Assembly (NCBI GenBank): GCA_964658305.1
Contig: OZ210886.1
Coordinates: 310,001 to 374,000, forward strand
Reading direction: 5' to 3'
Length of the DNA: 64,000 nt
DNA from: Leptogorgia sarmentosa
Taxonomy: Eukaryota
Positions 55,178 through 64,000 of the stretch are shown here, piece by piece (positions within the stretch are counted from its first letter, which is position 1; the number at the start of each line of letters is the position of its first letter). The notes below the pieces were generated by a model, which was not told the origin of the DNA, searched no databases, and saw only the letters and a program-made list of their open reading frames with translations. A program made the position numbers and the translations under genes.

Positions 55178-58014
55178 TTAATTAACTCAGTAAAAAAGAT
55201 GAAGATATAGTATATCATTATTGAAGAATTTAAGATCTTTTAACAAATGTTTGAAGAATCCTGCAGTTTCACAGAATGATTATTAACAATTAGATTACGA
55301 ACTCAAGATTTCTATGAAGTGATAAAGTTGACGAGGGCGTGCGCGAAGCCTGAATCAATCGTGGTTGCGAATAGAGTAGGCCGAGTAGCCAACCATGCAC
55401 AGCAAGTACTACACTCGCCACTAGAATTTATACCAGTATGATTCTGCAGTACTAATGCAAGAAGGCAATATTGAGGACGGGTGGTTGTCTTTTTCTATTT
55501 GTCATTGAGGATGCAGCCGGAACTCTGAACTCCCAATCTAGTAACTGTAATAAATTCGTGATAAGAATTGAACAATACTTTATACATCATTGTATGTCAA
55601 AATGCAAATACACCAGTCACGATAGAGATGAAATAGTAAGATTTTATACAGACGGTTCTAAAGTAGCTATGATGGTTATTCATAACGAGAAATACATTCC
55701 TGAAAAATATAACAACATGCATGCACCATTGATACGTGATCCAGTTGCTTTTTATAGAACTTTTTCTGGAGATTATTTTTTAATTCCATGTATGTCAATC
55801 ATTGATGTCAATATATCAATCATTAATTGCTTAGAGATCAGAGTAATTCTGAAGCACTTATAACAAGTGCAAGTTAAGAGCTTTAATTATAGAATAAAAA
55901 ATGCATTGTTATAGAGACTTAATTGAGTATTACTTGATATACACAATACTCTCTGACATTGGCCCTCAAGTGCAGAAACGTGACATGTGGATGCTATCTT
56001 TCTGTTGAGGAGACACCTCATTCATACGCGTGCCTCACGGAACTGAAATTGAGCCAAAAAACTTGGCTTGAAAACACTGTTACTTTCCGCATTCCTTGGT
56101 TTTAAACAGAAATCCGATCAACTAAATACATATCTCTCCCAAAATGGTGTAGTATGATCATTGCCCATGAGTTTAGGTAATGACATTTATTGGAGTAATC
56201 ATACGTATAATATTCGTATGTCCTTGAAATCAATAAATGAAGCATTGCAAGCAGAAAGATTCAAAACACATGGCAGTTAAAGTAGCTATACAAGCTTTGC
56301 GGCCCCATGAATGGTTTTGAATAGCTATAGTCGACACCAAGTATCAAGATGTTCTCCGGATGCACACAAAAGATAAATGATCTGATGAAACAAACGTCAA
56401 TAAATGTGTGCTTGATTTCATCGAGTTCAAGTGGTAAAATATTTTATCATATTTGCTTTAACCATGGCATCTCAAACTTCTGCAAATGTTCCTAATATGG
56501 ACTGAATGTAGTGAACAACGGCATTTCCTGTATTTTTACAACTCGGGCGTAAAATTGCATCAAGATTTGCACTAGAAAACCTACATTAATGCGAACCCAT
56601 TCACATGTCAGTACTTTCAGCTAGTTTGTCGTTTTTACTTGATTCATTTTTGGATTACTTTAAAAAATTGTTTAGGTATACACATCAAAATGCGATTTAT
56701 ATAGTATGCGATAGACGTCCAAGAAATCGTATAATGATTAATGAGACACAAAAAAGTGTGTTCATATCGATTTTCGTTTCATTGCTCTTTAGCCCTTAGG
56801 TAATTCACAGCTCATGAATCATCAAAGTTCGAGGAGGTGAGAATGACCTTGATGTTGTCACACAACAATAATATAGATAGATATGTGAGCCAACATCCAC
56901 GCAGAATAGACAACGATTGTTTCCATAAAACGGTCTAAAACAGATATAAAATAATAGATCACATTTCAGATCGCGCATGTGCAGAACAAAATAAAATACA
57001 CATTCCACTCTTAACGGTTATTAAATTTATCAGCAAAGTAATAAAGAGATGAGCCACATTGTCTGGAGGACAATTAATTTCTCTAAATTAACGGCAGCTG
57101 AGCTCCAGGCTATATAAGAAACTAACGACAAGCTGTAACCACAGGAAATAGTTTTGGATAAAAAATCTAATGTGCTTAAATTATGCATATACTTTTAAAA
57201 TAATACAATGCATTGACATTTAATTGATTGTGATGTTGTATCACGCTACTCACTACACCAACAATCAACCCACTACACAATTATTATTCATGCTCCCCTG
57301 CTATACTCTTATGCATCAGCTATTGCGCAATTGTGTTTCTGCCAATGTCCTAGTCGCCTACAGAGGAGGCCTAGATTAGGCTAGATAATTTTTTATATTG
57401 TCAGTATATAATAATCATGTATAGAACATATGGACATTGTTGTTTTACCGGCTCTATATTGACGAGGTTCCTATAGATGTTTATATAAAGAGAATTAAAG
57501 AAAATCCAACACGTAGATACTGCAGCAGCTTATTGTTTACAGTTCAAACAGTTCACAATATTACTTGAAAGAGTGTGAATTTAAAATCCATAAACAACCC
57601 AATAATGAATGAATACGCATGCATGCATGTAAAAGACGTAACAGTTGATTAGCTTAAACATTGAAGGTGTAAAATATGTGCCATAATAGTAAGTCTCGCC
57701 ATCACAAACGTAAATGAGGTGTACCAATGTATTTGCACATATATGGCAAGATTTTATTTAAATAAATATCATGAGAACGCGTTTGTCTGTCATTAGTATA
57801 TAGCCTATGTACGTCACTTTTTAGAAAACTGAAATTTTTCAGATATTTTGGAGTCACATTGACGTGCATGTACGCATAGACGTATTTTTGTATATTTTGT
57901 GTTTAGTATGACGTATTCAGAAATTTATGCCTTCAGCTACGAGAATCTGCAGTTAGCTGGTCCATGTAGGATATAGGTAAGCCATGAGTAAAACATCAAG
58001 GCTCACACTATGAT

Positions 58015-58198
58015 CAGGGCCGTCGCTAGAACGTTAATTGGGGGGGGGGGGTGCATATTCATATTTTGGCGTTCTGCCGACTGATTTCTTTTGAAATCAG
58101 TTGTTTATGAATTAATTTCTAAAGAAATCAGTCGGCAGAACGCCAAAATATGAATATGCACCCCCCCCCCCCCAATTAACGTTCTAGCGACGGCCCTG
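58015..58198. mobile_element. Young hAT-type fold-back MITE
   Basis: About 75-bp essentially perfect inverted arms starting cagggccgtcgctagaacg; perfect 8-bp TSD actatgat (58007-58014, 58199-58206). Confidence 0.93.
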
Positions 58199-59830
58199 AC
58201 TATGATCGAGCATGCACAATGAAAGTTTGGCTAGCACAAAATTTCATAGTATATATATAGGATGATTAGGATCGACAATAGCAACTGAAATCTCTTGGTT
58301 ATAAATACAAATACATGAGAGATTATTGGTGCAAATGTATGATGATAATTTGTTGGCGATGGTGCTTGATGATTTGTTGGTGAACAGAAAATGTTTCCCT
58401 TTTCCCTATAAACATCTAGTGACTATTATAAATAATTATTAATTATAATAAGTGCATGAATATATTACAAATATTTCATCTTTTTCAGTCACATGAAACC
58501 AAAATAACTGAACACAATCGGACATGATTTTCGTAATATCATTATAATCAAATTCCTTGATGGTGATACTGACGTTCAAACCGACCGTGCGAATAAAACA
58601 TCAGGTCCTTATATAGGGGTACAAAATGTACATCCCTGGTACATCTAAGACGACTGAATTCGTGATTCATTGCAAACTTTAGACATGGAAATGTACAGCA
58701 TGTTACATGTAACATATTATATAGCTACTAAATGATATTAATAGGGAATTATACCCGTTCTCGAAGTATTAAGAAACTGATGGAAATATAGGCAATTATC
58801 GATTTATAGGAAACGGAAAAAACAACCATTTCTCGCTCTTAGCTAAGTGGCTCGTGCAATTTTGGCACATTTTCAAAAATCAGTAGCAAATTGAAATTAA
58901 GTGGTGATAATGATTAATTGTATTCCATCCAGTATACACAGCAAAAATGCTTTTATTTTTAATTGTCTTATTAATAAGTCTATATATTTGCCACAATCTA
59001 TCAACATGAATACATGAATATGGGCCCCCAATTATCGTTCGGGCTACGCCACTGGACTTGGTTTATTTGTAATATGTTATCAGAAGTAAATCGATTTGGT
59101 ATGCAGCATCAGTTGCATGATTTATTTCATGTTTAAAGATCTCACCATAAAGTTGGTGTAAGATAACATATGGAAGACTCGTGCAAGGTGTGAACATCTT
59201 TCGTATGAACCACAGACTGCAATTTATCACCACACACTTCACATTTTTCTTTGATAATTGCGGTAATAATTTTCCGTATGTTCTGCAATCAAGTAGTTAC
59301 TGCAAGATGAGAACGCAAACTATTGTGGCTTATGTTATCATGTGCGTCACAGCATTCCAGGAATAACTGATGTCATTAATGGATTAATGTATTTTTCTTG
59401 GATTCCTTGAAGTCGTGGAAAGTTTTTCCATGATTTGGTCATGACTAAATGTCTTGTGACTTGAGTCAACTCGATATGAGCATGCGAAAAGACACGAAGC
59501 GATAAGAGTGGGAAAGTTGAACATAGTGGGAAATATATCATATACTTGTGATTTATTTATATCTATTCATTTTACACCTTATAAAAAAATACGTGCATGC
59601 AAAATCTTTCTGAGCGTGTGCTTTTAATCCTTTAAGTCTACTTCAGTGTTTGAAGATTCTTGTGGCTCTCTGGGCTCTCTATGCACCTCATGATCATTTG
59701 TCGATCACCATCAATCTCGATCACCATGTCATTGTGGTTACTGGTGTAATATAAATAATATAACATAACTGTGTAATATAGAAGTTTATTCACACCCTTT
59801 GAAGCATGTGTTCAACGCTGAAGTTCAACA

Positions 59831-59834
<4 letters not shown>

Positions 59835-59905
<71 letters not shown>
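59835..59905. repeat. (AT)n microsatellite
   Basis: About 35 uninterrupted AT units. Confidence 0.97.
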
Positions 59906-59909
<4 letters not shown>

Positions 59910-59936
59910 CATAATTATAGTGATTGTCTTTCTTTA

Positions 59937-60065
59937 AACTGATGTTACACTGGCCGATTTTCAACGACGATTCGCAATGCAAATGAAGTTGCATGAGATT
60001 TGATTGGCTTGGCAGCCCGTTGCGGTGCGAATTGTCGTTAAAAATCATTCCGTGTAACATCAGCT
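59937..60065. mobile_element. PIF/Harbinger-like MITE
   Basis: ~40-bp imperfect TIRs actgatgttacactggccgattttcaacgacgattcgca / tgcgaattgtcgttaaaaatcattccgtgtaacatcagc, in TTAA/TWA context. Confidence 0.78.
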
Positions 60066-63000
60066 TAATGTCATAAGGTAAAAAATCAAGGAAATACATC
60101 AGATCACATCATCACACAATGTAAGCAGCGCTCCTGGGGTTATTACTAGCTGTGAATACTTCAAATTCACTGCTCATGAGTGAAGTGGATGTTAATTGTC
60201 AAAACAATGCGTATCGTATTCATACCTATGCATTGCGAGATTAGCCTGGGTAAAAAAACCTTCTTAGCCACCCAATCGATCATCTCGCACGTCACGAAAG
60301 ATGTTGAACCACAAGTTTGTACCAGTGTGCGCCAACAACTTGGCATTATTCAGGCGGAATAATATCATTACGGTGATGGAATTTTCAATATCAACTGATG
60401 TTCAGGTTTTATGCTACCATTGATCAAGTTTATACGCGTTAAATTTAATAAATAACATATTAACTCTGTTCTCAGAAGTTGTCCCTCAAGGTTGATCTCG
60501 ATCTACACATAAGATGATGTTGTATAAATTATAGCCGTATCATAAACATATTTATTAAAGCTTTTCAGCACACCTTGCAGATTACAGGTCTCGTCAAACT
60601 CGACTCTTATCATATGTTGTAGTGCAAATTACGCCACATTCTCGGGATGACTTTCATCTGTTCGCACTACGGCGGCAAACAAACACTTATCAAGCACTTG
60701 TAAGATACTCTTTTTATCGCCTTGATACCACTTGCAAAATGTTTTATCACATTATCGCTTATTGAATGTTCTTCTCAAGCATGTCTGAAATGAAAAAAAA
60801 TATTTATTATAGTCCAATGACCATGCAATATTTCATATCTATTTAGCACTTTAATTTTGGTTACCAAATATAAACTCATGATGGTTTTATATTTTATCCT
60901 AAGTTCTGGGCGAAGCGATGTAAAACAGTACGAATGAAGATATGCATGAAAACAAAGTTTTATTGCATTTTTTATATAAATCCTGTTAAATTTACATGAT
61001 CTTCAAATTCATTTTCTCACCCAAATATCATCGTTCATGTCGGCCTTAATTATAGGATATGGGGATTTCACACCAACCGAAGATAGTTACGTTACAGAAG
61101 AGTGAAGCCAAGGGACACAGAAACTCGTGGTCTCTAGTTCCAGATCCTTTGCTCGCGGTAAAATGGCTTAACATTTTTTCAACATGTTATACTGGCCAGT
61201 GGCCATTTAAGGGCATTAATGTGGGATACAATCTGAAGATTTGAGTGTTGAAACTGAGACGTCTGCCTAGTTACAAGAATTCTTCGTATAAATTAAGCAA
61301 TTAGTTCCTCAGCACATTTCACTGGAAAATGATTGAAATAATAACTGCATGTAGGCGCAAACGTGGTAAGGGAGCGGGCTTTAAAAATCAGCCTCCCACA
61401 CCTTCGACATAACCACCGTCTCTTTCGAGCCTAATTTCCAAGAGGCTTTCCCAATATTCCTTTCCAATATTTTTCTTCTAACTTCGTAGTTCGTATTACC
61501 TCATTTTTTCTTCATTTTGTACGAAACGTATGTCATTCGATTGCCTCATTTTTCTCAATATCAAAGTTCGGTTATCAAGTAATCTTCGCAAAGTAACTTG
61601 CCAAAGATGGATTCGGATATATATAGATGGAGCGGATATACTTTATAAATGTACAAATGTACAAAATATCACATGGATTGATAAACGACACTTAACATAG
61701 TTAGTGCACCAAAATGATCAACACGCTTCCCTCTCCTGAAATGTTGCATAACTGGCCACTGTTGGTGATTTGTGTCTTGCTCTCTGTTGACCGTAATTGT
61801 TGTTTGGCCCTTAGGTCATATATATAGAGTAAAAATTTACCATTTATATGAACAGCGAAACATCACAATATATCGTTAGCTACCAGACAGACATCACGTA
61901 CATTTTCTGACACTACATTTTGAAAAGAAGCAAAAGAAACAAGACGTGACAGGGATTCATTCTCATTTTTGGTCAAAATCCAGAATTGAAATCGGGAAGG
62001 AGACGGTAGAATCCGCCTTCTATATAACTTCTCAGACTCAGTGATATGAATACTTAAGATAATGCGGAAACACGTAACATTTACGTATGTGTTTGTACTT
62101 CGTTGTGCTGTTTTAATAACAAAACTATTTACTTGCTGCGTAATAGACAAGCAAGATAAACAGAATTGGATTAATGCTAGGGAGCATGTTTACCAAATAA
62201 ATTGACGAGTAAATATCGATCGTCATTCTGTATAATTAAAGCGGCCAAAGGGCAAACTCATTATTTGCGGTAAAACCCATCGTAATATCCATGAAATACA
62301 CCCATTCCCTCCTACACAATCAAACAATTTTTTATACCATCCGTGAAGTGATTAGGACGCAGAGTTGGTCCAGTACCAGTCAAATGGGTGAAAAAATCTG
62401 TGGAGTTCACCTGCCGGTAATCTAGCTTTCATCATATATGCAATGAGAGTGTAACAGTTTCAAAGCAATTGACATATTTCCAATTAATTATATCAACACG
62501 CAGCTACCGAATTGCCTGTTGACGTTTTAACAGGAACTATCGTATGTTCACACAGTCGACAATATAAATCCTGTGTATTAGTGAAAATTCCATGCAATTT
62601 TTTTCTACTTTTCATTCAAAGTCTGCTGCGCGGTCAGGTACATGGCAAGTATAGCAAACTATTAGATCACTTTATTTTGTCTTGAAGAAAACTAAACAGG
62701 AGTATTCACAACAGGATATTTATATTACTATATCTCTACCATACACTGAAGTCTTGTGGATTTAATATTGGACATATTCCATGATATACAAGATATAGGT
62801 AAGGATTTGCTCGCGTTTTAATTAGCTTAATATAGGAAAGATAAGGTAAAGGTTTTGGTAGGTGTTACAGTTGGGACTTTTTCCATGATATAATTCTAGT
62901 CGTGCTGGTTTTAAAGCTGGATAAGCTGGATTTCAACGAGCAGATGATTTAGTTTGTTTTACAAGTTCCCATTGCGCCATTTTGTTACATTCTAGAAAGT

Positions 63001-64000
63001 CAAAGCATTAATCATATGGTCCTTTTAAAACCAATAATAATTCGCGTCTTTGTTGCATGTGTATTGTTTTAATTAAACTATAGTTAAGCTTATAGAGGCA
63101 ATACGTGTTATAAATATTTCCATACAGAATGACACGGTCTGCGCTTACAGTCCTTACACTTATAAATTTCCGTTGGAATTATGTACCATGTAGAACCACA
63201 CATATACATACGTACAATTTCTGTTTCCAATAATGTATTCACACACGCATACAATAGCTAAGACTCGTGCCTTGACGTCCTATATATGAGTACAATTAAT
63301 TCGATACTCGGTATAGCAGTGCTTAGATTGTCTAGTTGAAGCCTGAAGGTGCAAAATTTGTCGAGCATCTTCATCGGGCGACATTTGTTCGTTCGAAGTT
63401 AGAGTATATGCAGGATAGCTAATGATTTACGCCTACTCATCCTTATCGCGGTAGCTGCATATAGAAAAGTTTATAATTGCTTTCCGCTCATTGCAATGAA
63501 ATCAATAAAAATTATTAGGACCGCAATTTGTGAGAAATACGCTTAAAGCGACGTGAGGTGACCTTTGATGGATACTCAGCATGATGTGTGGATATCCCGC
63601 AGTATTTATCCCCCCTCGCCGTTAGGGGTTACAGTTCAGCCTATGGACATAAAAGGCAGAAACTGCAAACATTCCAAAAACAAGGTCCGTGATATTAACT
63701 TTCGGCAAGGGTAATGTAGATTCTACCAAAGCACGAAATATCAGTCTTTTTGTTTATCTTTGCGTGCGAAACGTGGTACGTTTGTTTGTAGTGTAAATGA
63801 ATTGTTTACTATAGACTAAACTCGCATATTTTCTGCGGTTCATGAGCTATTTTTAGATCATTGATAAGATGAAAGAAGGCTCAATGGTTTTCCAAAATTT
63901 CTGTCACTTTGAAACAGAACAGACTGGTACTCAAAATAACCGCTGCATCGCTTGTTAAGTATTTGCTCGACTTGCGTCTAAGATACACCCCGAGGTGTAG

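Noticed and set aside
59812..60099. ORF with YIYIYI run
   Set aside because: Translation of the (AT)n microsatellite and the adjacent MITE.

Overview
Intron-rich, AT-rich animal genomic DNA. The compact genes and the style of the repeats suggest an anthozoan cnidarian (inference). Positions 1-32 kb hold seven spliced genes: the 3' part of MAP3K20/ZAK-alpha (+), an SLC23/NAT transporter (-), CEP70 (-) head-to-head with ATIC (+), a secreted pentraxin (+), and YBEY (-) head-to-head with an Acl4-like TPR gene (+) that has a U12-type intron. Positions 32-52 kb hold a minus-strand tandem cluster of three related secreted S1 serine protease genes with different architectures. Gene A is signal peptide (SP)-protease(chymotrypsin/elastase-type)-MAM-MAM-protease(trypsin-type). 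Gene B is SP-protease only, made by an in-frame exon-fusing deletion. Gene C is SP-MAM-MAM-MAM-protease. The rearrangement breakpoints are still readable in the sequence. Positions 53-64 kb show no recognisable gene, only MITEs and a microsatellite. All gene models were spliced by eye, and family assignments rest on remembered motifs, not database searches.
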